Source: Microtetraspora sp. (GTDB taxonomy: Bacteria > Actinomycetota > Actinomycetes > Streptosporangiales > Streptosporangiaceae). From it: a DNA stretch of 64,000 bases. Shown here one piece after another: positions 38,529 through 49,413 of this stretch (within the stretch, counting starts at the first letter, position 1; each line of letters begins with the position of its first letter). The stretch spans positions 12,651 through 76,650 of the forward strand of contig JBIOWF010000229.1 in assembly GCA_044868295.1 (NCBI GenBank). Direction: 5' to 3'. Position numbers and translations under genes: made by a program. The notes under the pieces were generated by a model, which was given only the letters and a program-made list of their open reading frames with translations, was not told the DNA's origin and did not search any database.

Positions 38529-38584
38529 CTCGCCCCCTCGCCTGCCGGCTCGGAGCCGGGGCCGCGATCGCTTCGCTCCGTCAT
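38525..38584 (-). repeat. MSER-family element acting as a leader mini-ORF (MTERSDRGPGSEPAGEGAR, 19 aa) coupled to the acuC start
   Basis: ATG at 38584. The TGA at 38527-38525 overlaps the acuC ATG (ATGA). The sequence ATGACGGAGCGAAGCGATCG...CCGAGCCGGCAGGCGAGGGGGCG matches the 5-prime and 3-prime modules of the hemA|hemC copies. Confidence 0.7.
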
Positions 38585-38813
38585 GCCCTCGAAATTACCT
38601 GAAGCCGCAGAAGGCCCCGGCTTCAGGGCGGGGATGAACGCGGTCCCCGTCGGGGGACGGCCCGCCTTCAGGCGGGACAACCGGAGCGCGCAGCGCGGAC
38701 CAGGGGTTCTTGTAGGCGATGTTCGGGTCGCGGACCGACCGCCGGAGCACCACCGCCGGCACCTCGCCCGGCCACGCCCGCCCGACATCGGTTCCCGGCA
38801 TCCGGCACCAAGG

Positions 38814-39998
38814 TCACTCCGTCCGCAGAGCGATCACCGGGTCCAGTTTCCCGGCGCGCCGGGCCGGGGCGACACCGAAGAACACGCCGACCGCCGCCGA
38901 AACACCGAATGCCAGCGCGATGGACCACGAGGTGATCGCGGCCGGGACCGGAGACACGGCCTGGATCAGCAGCGCGCCGCCCACCCCGATCAGGATGCCG
39001 ATCAGCCCGCCGATCGTCGTCAGGAGCACCGCCTCGATGAGGAACTGGCCCAGGATGTCCCGCTGACGGGCGCCGAGCGCCTTGCGCAGACCGATCTCCT
39101 TGGTCCGCTCCCGGACGCTGACCAGCATGATGTTGGACACGCCCACCCCGCCGACCAGCAGCGAGATGCCGGCGATCGCGGCCAGCACACCGGTGAGCAT
39201 GCTGAGGACCGTGCCGATCGTGCCGAGCAGTTGAGTCTGGGTCACCGCGGAGAACTTCTCGTCCGGATAGCGGGTGTTCAGCGCGTCGACCACCCGGCGC
39301 TGCAGCGGCTCGATCTCGTCCGGGCCGGAGGCGCCCACCGCGATGCCGTTGATCCTCGACAGGCCGATGAGCCGCTGTGCGGTGGTGACCGGGATGTGCA
39401 CCTCCTGGTCGCGCGCCACGCCGAAGGTGGAACCCACCGTCTCGTACACGCCGATCACCCGGAACCGCACGCCCGCGATGGTGACCTGCCGTCCGAGCGG
39501 ATCGACATCGCCGAACAGCTTGCCCGCCACCTCAGCGCCGAGGATGGCCACCCTCCGGCGCGTGTCGACGTCGGTCTCGCTCAGGTGCCTCCCCCGGCGC
39601 AGCGGCCGGTCGAAGATGTTGGGCAGGTTCTCGTCGGTCCCGGTCAGCGTGGCGAACACCTCGGTCCGGCCCACCCGCACGGACTCGCCCGAGTTGACGG
39701 CCACCGTCACCTTCGACGGATCCCCGACGACCCGCCGCACGTAGGCGACGTCCGACAGGTCGAGCCGGCTCTGCGTGGGCGCCGCACCGAGACCGACCTG
39801 GCCGGGAACGACCAGGATGATGTTGCTGCCCAGCCCGGCGATCTCCTTCTCGACCGCGTTCTTGGCACCCGTGCCGATCGCGACCAGGATCACCACCGCC
39901 GAAACACCGATGATCACACCGAGCATGGTGAGCGTGCTGCGCAGCCGGTTGACCCGCAGCGCCTCCAGGGCCATCCGCAGCGCCTCGGCCGTCCTCAC
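38814..39998 (-). CDS. ABC transporter permease (MacB/FtsX family)
   Basis: 394 aa with an N-terminal TM helix, a large periplasmic domain and a C-terminal FtsX 3-TM module. Confidence 0.9.
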   Translation of the reverse strand: MRTAEALRMALEALRVNRLRSTLTMLGVIIGVSAVVILVAIGTGAKNAVEKEIAGLGSNIILVVPGQVGLGAAPTQSRLDLSDVAYVRRVVGDPSKVTVAVNSGESVRVGRTEVFATLTGTDENLPNIFDRPLRRGRHLSETDVDTRRRVAILGAEVAGKLFGDVDPLGRQVTIAGVRFRVIGVYETVGSTFGVARDQEVHIPVTTAQRLIGLSRINGIAVGASGPDEIEPLQRRVVDALNTRYPDEKFSAVTQTQLLGTIGTVLSMLTGVLAAIAGISLLVGGVGVSNIMLVSVRERTKEIGLRKALGARQRDILGQFLIEAVLLTTIGGLIGILIGVGGALLIQAVSPVPAAITSWSIALAFGVSAAVGVFFGVAPARRAGKLDPVIALRTE

Positions 39999-41023
39999 GC
40001 GTCCTCCCGCGATCCGGTACGGCTGCCGCCTGCGGCCTCGCCGGGTCCAGTACGGCCGGCACCACCCGCCTCACCCGGTCCAGTACGGCCGGCACCACCC
40101 GCCTCGCCGAGCCTGGCATGGCGGCCGCCGCCCGCCTCTCCCGATGCGGTATGGCCGCCGCCGGCCCCTCCATATCCGGCATGCCGGCCGCCACCGGGCT
40201 CTCCCGGCCCTGTACGGCCGGCCGCGGCGGGGACCGTACCCGAACCGGAGTCGAGCTCGATGAGCCCGTCGCGGACGTGGATCTGGCGGCGGGCGCGTTC
40301 CGCCACCTCGGGCTCGTGTGTGACGAGGACGACCGCGACCCCGCCCTCCTCGTTGAGGCGCTGAAGGAGGTTCATCACCTCCGTGCCGTTTCGCGTGTCG
40401 AGGTTTCCGGTCGGCTCGTCCGCCAGGACGACCTTCGGATCACCGACCAACGCGCGGGCGATGGCCACCCGCTGCTGCTCGCCGCCGGACATCTGCGAGG
40501 GCCGGTGGTCCAGCCGGTGGCCGAGCCCGACGGCCTCCAGCGCCTCCTTCGCCGCGCGGCGGCGCTCGCTCCGCGCCACCCCGCGATAGACCAGCGGCAG
40601 CGCGACGTTGTCGAGCGCCGACGTGCGGGCCAGCAGGTGGAAGGACTGGAAGACGAAGCCGATGGTCTCGTTGCGCAGCTCGGCGAGCTGTGTGTCGTCG
40701 AGCGTCGAGACGTCGACGCCGCCCACCTTGAGGGTGCCGGTGGTCGGCCGGTCGAGGCACCCGAGCAGATGCATCAGCGTCGACTTGCCCGACCCGGACG
40801 GCCCGAGGATCGCCGCGAACTCCCCCTGGTCGATGCGCAGGTTCACCCCGCGCAACGCGTCGACGGACACGCCTTCGAGCTGGTAGGACCGGGTGAGATC
40901 GACCGCGTCGAAAGCGCTCGCCGAAGTCTCGGCGGCTCCCACGATCATGAGAGGGGTTCCCGCCGGCCGCGCGGGATCATCGCGCCTGTCTGCATGCTCG
41001 CGTACGGAGTCAATGCAGGTCAC
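39995..41023 (-). CDS. ABC transporter ATP-binding protein (MacB-type ATPase) with a Gly/Ala/Pro-rich C-terminal tail
   Basis: Has Walker [10 protein letters not shown], signature LSGGEQQR and Walker B VVLADEP. The tail of about 85 aa includes a 33-bp tandem duplication (40041-40106, [11 protein letters not shown] x2). The start may be the ATG at 40948. Confidence 0.9.
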   Translation of the reverse strand: MTCIDSVREHADRRDDPARPAGTPLMIVGAAETSASAFDAVDLTRSYQLEGVSVDALRGVNLRIDQGEFAAILGPSGSGKSTLMHLLGCLDRPTTGTLKVGGVDVSTLDDTQLAELRNETIGFVFQSFHLLARTSALDNVALPLVYRGVARSERRRAAKEALEAVGLGHRLDHRPSQMSGGEQQRVAIARALVGDPKVVLADEPTGNLDTRNGTEVMNLLQRLNEEGGVAVVLVTHEPEVAERARRQIHVRDGLIELDSGSGTVPAAAGRTGPGEPGGGRHAGYGGAGGGHTASGEAGGGRHARLGEAGGAGRTGPGEAGGAGRTGPGEAAGGSRTGSREDA

Positions 41024-41050
41024 CGGCCTTTCTGGGAAGGATCTGCCTGG

Positions 41051-42430
41051 TCACGAGAGGGGTTGGGCGGGACGCACGGTGTCGGCGCCCTTCACGACGA
41101 CGCGGTCGCCGACCGCGAGGCCCGACAGGATCTCGACCTCCGCGTCACCCTGGGCGCCGAGCTTGACCACCCGGCGTTCCGCCTTGCCGTTCCGGGCCAC
41201 CCAGACCACGCTCTCCCTGCCGCTGCTGACGATCGCCGAGGCCGGCACCGCCACCGCGTCCGGCGACTCCCGCACGGTCAGCCGGACGACCGCGCTCATC
41301 CCCGGTTTGGGCTTGGGCGCGGGGCTGCCGTCGTCGAAGCCGCCCTTGCCGAGCGTGAGCCGTACGGGATAGCTGACGCCTCCGGTGGCGCCCTCCTTGG
41401 GAGTGACCCCCACACCGGTCACCTCCGCCGTGTAGGTGGCACCGGTCACCGCGTCGAACTCGACCTCGGCCCGCGTCCCCTTGCGGACCAGGAGGACATC
41501 GGTCTCGTCCACGTCGGCGGAGAGGGTGAGCTTGGAGACATCCGTCACGGTCACGATCGTGTCCCCGGCGGAGACCGGAACGCCGGTCGCGATCGCGCCT
41601 CCCGACCGGCCGCCGGACGCGCCGCCCGCCTGGCCGACGAGACTCGCCGGCAGCTGGCTGGCGAGTGCTCCGAGGCCCGCCGTACCGCCGCCTCCCGAGG
41701 GGCCGCCCAGCGTGATGACCCCGCCGAACGGTGCTTTTATGACCAGCCCCTTCACCGTCGTCTTCGCGACCTTCACCGCGGACCTGGCCTGGGATCTGGA
41801 TGCCGCCTGGAGCGAGGACATCGAGGCGCTGAGACCGCCGAGACCCGCGCCGAGCTGGCCGGTCACCTGCGAGAGCACTCGGTTGACCGACCTGTTGAGC
41901 CCGTTGACGACCTCGCTGAGCGCGCGCTGCTGCGCCTTCTGCTGGGCCTCGGCCGCGTCGACGGCGGAGAGCAGCTGCGCTCTGATCGCCGGATCCTCGA
42001 TCTTCGCGGCGGCCTTCCTCGCCCTGGCCAGGTAGCGCCGGACCTCGCTGTCCAGCGAGCCGGAGATCTTCAGCGGGGGCAGCCTAACCGACGGCGTGCC
42101 GCCTCCCATGGAGACCGGCCGGGAGGCCTGCTTCTCGGCCTTACGCGCCTGGTCGAGCTGATCCTCGGCCTGCGGCGAGCTGATTTTGGCGAGGATCTGC
42201 CCCTTGTCCACGGTGTCGCCGTCCTGCACGTACAGCTTGGCGACCGTGCCGGACGCGGGAGTGGTCAGGGTCGCCGTGGCCCGCGCGCCGACTGTGGCGG
42301 GGGCTTCGACGACCTCTCTCACCGCCTGCCGGGTGACGGCGGCGAGTTGCGCCTTCGACGGCTCAGCGTTTGAGCAGCCGGCCAGGAGAAACGCGATGAG
42401 GAGCGGGGGGATTCCGCGACGAATCGTCAC
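41051..42430 (-). CDS. Efflux transporter periplasmic adaptor (HlyD/MacA-like) lipoprotein
   Basis: Has lipobox LLAGCS, a long coiled-coil middle and a beta-barrel C-terminus (VWVARNGKAERRVVKLG). Confidence 0.8.
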   Translation of the reverse strand: MTIRRGIPPLLIAFLLAGCSNAEPSKAQLAAVTRQAVREVVEAPATVGARATATLTTPASGTVAKLYVQDGDTVDKGQILAKISSPQAEDQLDQARKAEKQASRPVSMGGGTPSVRLPPLKISGSLDSEVRRYLARARKAAAKIEDPAIRAQLLSAVDAAEAQQKAQQRALSEVVNGLNRSVNRVLSQVTGQLGAGLGGLSASMSSLQAASRSQARSAVKVAKTTVKGLVIKAPFGGVITLGGPSGGGGTAGLGALASQLPASLVGQAGGASGGRSGGAIATGVPVSAGDTIVTVTDVSKLTLSADVDETDVLLVRKGTRAEVEFDAVTGATYTAEVTGVGVTPKEGATGGVSYPVRLTLGKGGFDDGSPAPKPKPGMSAVVRLTVRESPDAVAVPASAIVSSGRESVVWVARNGKAERRVVKLGAQGDAEVEILSGLAVGDRVVVKGADTVRPAQPLS

Positions 42431-42484
42431 CCGGCCAATCGTAAAGGGATGGTTGATCGCCCCCGCATCCCGCTCAGCGAATTC

Positions 42485-43723
42485 TCAGGCGCGCCGGAGA
42501 TTCCTGATGGCGGGCACGCTGAGCAGGCAGGCGATGCCCGCCAACCCGGCCGCGAAGCCGAACAGCAGGACATGGTCGGCGCCCACGCGGGCGGCGACGG
42601 GTCCGGACAGGGCCTGGCCGATGGGGATGCTCAGCACCGAGCCGGCGACCTCGTAGGCGGTGACCCGGTTCAGCACGTCCTGGGTGACCTGGGTCTGCAC
42701 GCTGGTGGCCCACATGACCGACCAGAAGGCCCAGGCAGCGCCGCTGGCGACGAACCCGGCCGCGACCACGCCGGCCGGCATGCGGGTGGCGATGACGAGC
42801 GGCTCCATAAAGAACACGATCATCGCGACGGCGCCCGCGGCCAGCGGGCGCGACGGCTTGAACCACATCGCGACCAGGCCACCGATGATCGTGCCCGCCC
42901 CGGCGGCCGACATGATCCACCCGTAGGCGGCCTTGCCGAGATTCTCCGTGATCAGCGCGGCGCCGAGCGGCATGAGCGGGCCGAAGACCAGAACGCCGTA
43001 CCCCGCCCAGACGATGATGACGGCCCACATCCAGGTGCGGGAGCGGAACTCGTGCCAGCCTTCACGAAGGTCGCGAAGCATCGACGAGCCCGCCACCGCC
43101 GTCGCCACCGGGCGAACGCGCAACGCGAGCAGGCAGACCGCACTCACAGCGAAGGTCCCCGCGTTCACCCCGTACACCACGCCCGCGCCACCGAGCAGGA
43201 CCAGCGCCCCGGACAGCGCGGGGCCGAGCAGTTGCGCCATCGCGTCGGCGACGCGGAGGGTGGCGTTCGCCCGCTGCACGTCCCGGGCGATCTGCGGCAC
43301 CATGCTGCTCACACCCGGCTGGAACATCGCCGCCGCCGCCCCGCTGAACGAGGACAGGACGATGAGCAGCCAGAGCTCGGGTTTTCCGGCCAGGAAGGCG
43401 ATCGCCACGATCGACTGGGTGACGACACGCACGAGATCCGCGCCGATCATCATGCGGCGGGCCGTGAACCGGTCGGCGAAGACGCCGCCGAAAAGGATCA
43501 GGCCGCCGAAGGGCGCCATCCACGCCGCCAGCACGAAGCCCACTCCGGACGGTCCGTACCCGGCGCCGAGCACGCCCAGCGACACGGCCACCGGCAACAT
43601 CGCGTCGCCGAGAATGGAGATCGCGCGCCCGGCGAAGTAGAGCGCGAAGTCTCTCGACCAGAGCGTCTGCCGCTCGACCCTCCGCGCGGTCTGTACGGCT
43701 TCCGCCATGACGCCCCCACTCAC
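42485..43723 (-). CDS. MFS transporter
   Basis: 412 aa with about 12 TM helices and a typical MFS loop (GVFADRFTARR). Confidence 0.85.
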   Translation of the reverse strand: MSGGVMAEAVQTARRVERQTLWSRDFALYFAGRAISILGDAMLPVAVSLGVLGAGYGPSGVGFVLAAWMAPFGGLILFGGVFADRFTARRMMIGADLVRVVTQSIVAIAFLAGKPELWLLIVLSSFSGAAAAMFQPGVSSMVPQIARDVQRANATLRVADAMAQLLGPALSGALVLLGGAGVVYGVNAGTFAVSAVCLLALRVRPVATAVAGSSMLRDLREGWHEFRSRTWMWAVIIVWAGYGVLVFGPLMPLGAALITENLGKAAYGWIMSAAGAGTIIGGLVAMWFKPSRPLAAGAVAMIVFFMEPLVIATRMPAGVVAAGFVASGAAWAFWSVMWATSVQTQVTQDVLNRVTAYEVAGSVLSIPIGQALSGPVAARVGADHVLLFGFAAGLAGIACLLSVPAIRNLRRA

Positions 43724-43770
43724 CTGCCCGAAGCTTGCGACAGAAATGATGCCGCCAAATCGGAAAGTTT

Positions 43771-43784
43771 CCTAATTAATTAGG
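43771..43784. promoter_or_regulatory. Perfect 14-bp AT-rich palindrome CCTAATTAATTAGG upstream of the MFS gene (candidate operator)
   Basis: Seen directly, about 50 nt upstream of the MFS start, in otherwise GC-rich DNA. Confidence 0.35.
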
Positions 43785-43970
43785 TGGAAGGCGTAATGGA
43801 TCGATCGGCCTGGTGGACCTGCGGGCGCCATGCGGGCGCGGCGACCCGGTCGATCCGCGATTCCGGATCGACCAGGCCTTACGGATCAGTCGGCTTACCA
43901 GATGGCCCGGCGGGGCGAACAGGGCCTACCTGGATTGGCGCGTCGCACTGGGCCGACAGGGGATACCGGG

Positions 43971-44765
43971 TCAGCCGGCGGCGAGCTGGCGGCTCCGGTC
44001 GCGAGCGGCCTCGATCGCGTCCAGGAACGCGGCCCGCACCTTGTGGCGCTCCAGCTCGGCGATGGCCGAGATCGTGGTGCCGCCGGGCGAGGTGACGGCT
44101 TCGCGCAGGATGACCGGATGCTCGCCGGAGTCCCGCAGCATGATCGCGGCGCCGACGATCGACTGGGTGACCATGTCGAGCGCCGCCGCCCGGGGCATGC
44201 CCAGCAGGATGCCCGCGTCGACCATGGCCTCGACCAGGTAGAAGAAGTAAGCGGGACCGCTGCCGGACAGCGCCGTGGCGGCGTCCTGCTGGGACTCGGG
44301 GATGCGCAGCACCTTGCCGACGGGCCGGAGCAGGGCCTCGGTGTGCTTCAGGTGGGCCTCGGAGGCGTGCGCGCCGGCCGAGATGACGCTCATGGCCTCG
44401 TCCACGAGCACGGGCGTGTTGGACATGACGCGGACCACCGGCACCTCATCGCCGAGCCGGGACTCCACGAACGCCGTGGTGATGCCCGCGGCCACGGAGA
44501 TCACGAGCTTCCCGGCCGGGACATAGGGGGCGATCTCGGTGAGCAGTGCGCCCATGTCCTGCGGCTTGACGGCCAGGATGAGGGTGTCCGCGCTCTTGGC
44601 GGCCTCCGCGTTGGACACGATCTGCACGCCGTACCGCTCACGCAGGGCGTCGGCACGCTCCGGGCGCCGCGCGGTCGCCATGATCTCGGCCGGCTTGAGC
44701 CCGGCCCGCACCAGCCCGGAGAGCAGAGCCTCGCCCATCTTGCCTGTTCCGAGAATCGCGATCAT
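43971..44765 (-). CDS. proC: Pyrroline-5-carboxylate reductase
   Basis: 264 aa with a typical ProC sequence (IAILGTGKMGEAL, SPGGTT). Confidence 0.92.
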   Translation of the reverse strand: MIAILGTGKMGEALLSGLVRAGLKPAEIMATARRPERADALRERYGVQIVSNAEAAKSADTLILAVKPQDMGALLTEIAPYVPAGKLVISVAAGITTAFVESRLGDEVPVVRVMSNTPVLVDEAMSVISAGAHASEAHLKHTEALLRPVGKVLRIPESQQDAATALSGSGPAYFFYLVEAMVDAGILLGMPRAAALDMVTQSIVGAAIMLRDSGEHPVILREAVTSPGGTTISAIAELERHKVRAAFLDAIEAARDRSRQLAAG

Positions 44766-44780
44766 GCCAACACCTCGCTG

Positions 44781-45478
44781 TCAGGGATTTGCCCGCAGCC
44801 TACCGGCCTCGTCGCCGGTGGACGTCAGGACCGGCTCAGCAGCGATCGAACGAAGAACGCGAGATCGGCGTCGCGTCCCACGACGACGTCGGCAGATCCC
44901 GACTCTCCTCCCGGCCTGTCCCCCGACGCACCGGGCCAGCAGCACCAGCGCCCTCACCATCTGCTCGGCGTGCGGCAGGGTCGCCTCCATTGAGGGGGCG
45001 CCCTCGCGACGCATGACGAACGAGACATGGCGGCCGTCACCGACGAGATGAACCCCGGACCGTGTGAAAACCGAGTATTCCGGAAGCACTTCCCCAGAAC
45101 CCACGCCATTGCGGGCTCCTGCGTCGCGACGTGGTACGAGGCGTCGACGTCGGGGCGACCGGTCGCCGTCGCGGGCAGCGGCTGGGTCAGCGGGACAGCC
45201 TCATACCCGCTGACGGCACTGTCCCGCTTGGCTGCCCGGGCGGCCCTCAGTCCGTACACGCCGAACAGCCCGCCCATGACCAGGGCGGGGACGATGTGCT
45301 GGGTGATGGTCATCGCGGATCAGTTCCTCGGGGGCTGCGGAGGCGTCCAGCCACCCGGCCCTGACGGATGGCCGGCCCCCGCCGGATACCCGGACGACCC
45401 CGAGGGATAGCCCGACGGCCCCGAGGGATGGCCGGCCGCCCCTGACGGATACGCGGACGGCCCTGACGGATAGCCGGT
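44781..45478 (-). pseudogene. Apparently disrupted gene for a PGY-rich / single-TM membrane protein
   Basis: Six 7-aa [YH]PSGxxG repeats (45323-45478) are in the same frame as the TM-containing ORF MTITQHIVPALVMGGLFGVYGL. An in-frame TGA at 45320-45322 separates them, and no in-frame start exists upstream. Downstream, two overlapping frames (44954-45313 and 44781-45104) each look partly coding. Confidence 0.35.
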
Positions 45479-45684
45479 CGTGGCCCCGTGCGCCTGAGAT
45501 GCTGCCGGCCTGGGCGAGGAGGCGATGAATCAACTTGCGGTGAAATATTACTATTCGTCTACGAGGTAGATCGGGACGTCGGCCTTCTCCAGCCACGCTT
45601 CAGGGACTACTGGACTCAGGCAAAGTCACCACGTGTTGATTTAGCTCTCGGCCATACGTCCTCAACAGGTCCGAACCCCACGGA

Positions 45685-46152
45685 ATGCGGGCTCGTCAAA
45701 GAGGTATGCGAAGACTCTGGCTCACCCCGGTCCTGTTCCTTGCGGTCGCCTGCGGCGGCACCCCCGGCACGCCGGCGGCGGGTCCCGATCAGGTGGTGAG
45801 CACCACGGCGAGCTCAGGAACGCCTGCCGTCGCACCCTCCGCCGTCGAACCGTCCGCGGTCTCACCGGTCGGCGGCACGCTCCAGCCGCACAAGATCGCG
45901 TGGACCCGCGCCACGCCCTCGGCGGACGGAACCTCGCTGAACATCGTGTGGTGGTCGGGTGTGGCGCCGTGCGCCGTGCTCGACCGGGTCGAGGTACGGG
46001 AGGGGACGGGCGAGGTGACGGTCACGCTCTACGAAGGTTACGACCGTCACTCCCCCGACGCCGTGTGCATCGAGATCGCCCTGGAGAAGAAGACCACCGT
46101 CAAGCTCTCCGCCCCTCTCGGCGGCCGCAAGATCGTCGACGGCGCGAAGTGA
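45685..46152 (+). CDS. Small lipoprotein of unknown function (paralog 1)
   Basis: Has lipobox FLAVACGG and a conserved core PHKIAWT...WWSGVAPCAVLDRV...VTVTLYEG...GGRKIVDGAK. Confidence 0.6.
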   Translation: MRARQRGMRRLWLTPVLFLAVACGGTPGTPAAGPDQVVSTTASSGTPAVAPSAVEPSAVSPVGGTLQPHKIAWTRATPSADGTSLNIVWWSGVAPCAVLDRVEVREGTGEVTVTLYEGYDRHSPDAVCIEIALEKKTTVKLSAPLGGRKIVDGAK

Positions 46153-46206
46153 TGCGATCCCCGACATTTCCGTGAACCGCCTCGGACACGCTTCCGTCAA
46201 ACGGTT

Positions 46207-46608
46207 ATGCGGACGATGCGACGTATGGCGGCGGTTGCCGCGACTGTTCTGATGGTCACGCTCGGCGGGATGAGCGCGACCGCTCATGCGGCGGCCGGTA
46301 CGGCGGAGCCCACCCCGGTGAAGCCGCAGGGCGGCACATTCAACCCCCACAAGGTCCGGTGGACTTCGGCGAAGCCGATCAAGAAGGGCAGGTACCTCAA
46401 GATCACCTGGTGGTCGGGCGTCGCGCCGTGCTGGGTGCTGGACCGGGTGAAGGTGAAGGAGACCGCCAAGAAGGTCACCGTGACCCTGTACGAAGGGAGC
46501 GACAAGGATGGCGGCATGTGCATCCTGATCGCCACCAAGAAGACGACGATCGTGAAGCTCAAGACCCCCCTCGGCGACCGCAAGATCGTCGACGGTGCCA
46601 AGAAGTGA
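46207..46608 (+). CDS. Small secreted protein of unknown function (paralog 2)
   Basis: Has a signal peptide (SATAHAAAG). Roughly half its residues are identical to 45685-46152 by eye, including both conserved Cys and the RKIVDGAK C-terminus. Confidence 0.6.
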   Translation: MRTMRRMAAVAATVLMVTLGGMSATAHAAAGTAEPTPVKPQGGTFNPHKVRWTSAKPIKKGRYLKITWWSGVAPCWVLDRVKVKETAKKVTVTLYEGSDKDGGMCILIATKKTTIVKLKTPLGDRKIVDGAKK

Positions 46609-46804
46609 CCATACGGCTCACGCCTCCCCGGCGTGGGCCGTACACACCGCATGTAGCCCCGCCACGTGGAGAAAGCCGTCGCAGACGACGGCGCGCGGCT
46701 GTGACCACGCGGGCACGGCGGGCCCCATCACCCGCGCCGCGGTGCGCGTGACGCTGCCGGAAATCTGTCGCCCGACGGCCGGGAATGAGTGCGCGCACTC
46801 ATGG

Positions 46805-46825
46805 GTTGAGCGCCCTAGACTCAAG
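46805..46825. promoter_or_regulatory. HspR operator (HAIR) 1 upstream of dnaK
   Basis: gTTGAGc-gccctag-ACTCAAG compared with the consensus CTTGAGT-N7-ACTCAAG. Lies just upstream of a TTGACA -35-like hexamer at 46830-46835. Confidence 0.6.
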
Positions 46826-46856
46826 ACGTTTGACAAACGCTGGGGGCCGACCCAAT

Positions 46857-46877
46857 ATTGAGTCGGACCGACTCAAC
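46857..46877. promoter_or_regulatory. HspR operator (HAIR) 2 overlapping the dnaK promoter/leader
   Basis: aTTGAGT-cggaccg-ACTCAAc. The 6+6 inverted repeat is perfect with a 7-nt spacer, 22 nt upstream of the dnaK ATG. Confidence 0.75.
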
Positions 46878-46898
46878 TTTCACTACAAGGACGTACTC

Positions 46899-48766
<1,868 letters not shown>

Positions 48767-48770
<4 letters not shown>

Positions 48771-49402
48771 GCCCGCGCGAGAACGGTTCCGACCAGGAGC
48801 CGGTGATCCGCGACAACCGCAAGATCGACCCGGAGACCGGGAAGGCCCGCAAGAGCGCCGGGGAACCGGCCGGCGGTGCCGCTCCCGGCTCGCCGGAGGG
48901 ATCCGCCACAGCCGAGGCCGTGACCGACCCGCCGGGGGCGGGCCTGCTCGCGGAGCGCACGGCCGACCTGCAGCGTCTGCAGGCGGAGTACGCGAACTAC
49001 CGCAAGCGCGTGGAGCGGGACCGGATCACCGTCAAGGAACATGCCGTTGCCAACGTGCTGTCCGAGCTGCTGCCGGTGCTCGACGACATCGGGCGGGCCC
49101 GTGACCACGGCGAGCTCACCGGCGGTTTCGCCAAGGTGAGCGAGTCGCTGGAATCGGCGGTCGGCAAGCTCGGCCTGTCCGCCTACGGCGCCAAGGGCGA
49201 TCCGTTCGACCCGACCGTGCACGAGGCGCTCCTGCACAGCTATTCGCCGGACGTGTCCGAGCCGACGTGCGTAGAGATCCTGCAGCCGGGTTACCGGATC
49301 GGCGACCGGATTCTTCGTCCGGCTCGCGTCGCGGTGGCCGAGCCGAGCGAGGACGAGACGCCCGAGGAGTCCGACGAGTCCGCGGACGCCGAGGAGAACT
49401 GA
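48767..49402 (+). CDS. grpE: Nucleotide exchange factor GrpE
   Basis: Has an [16 protein letters not shown] motif. GTG start overlaps the dnaK stop. Confidence 0.9.
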
Positions 49403-49413
49403 ATCCCACGGTT

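Noticed and set aside
45320-45322. The in-frame TGA, considered as selenocysteine or programmed read-through.
   Set aside because: I found no SECIS-like hairpin immediately downstream, and the context is a low-complexity region. The upstream part lacks a start codon. Pseudogene or sequence error is simpler.
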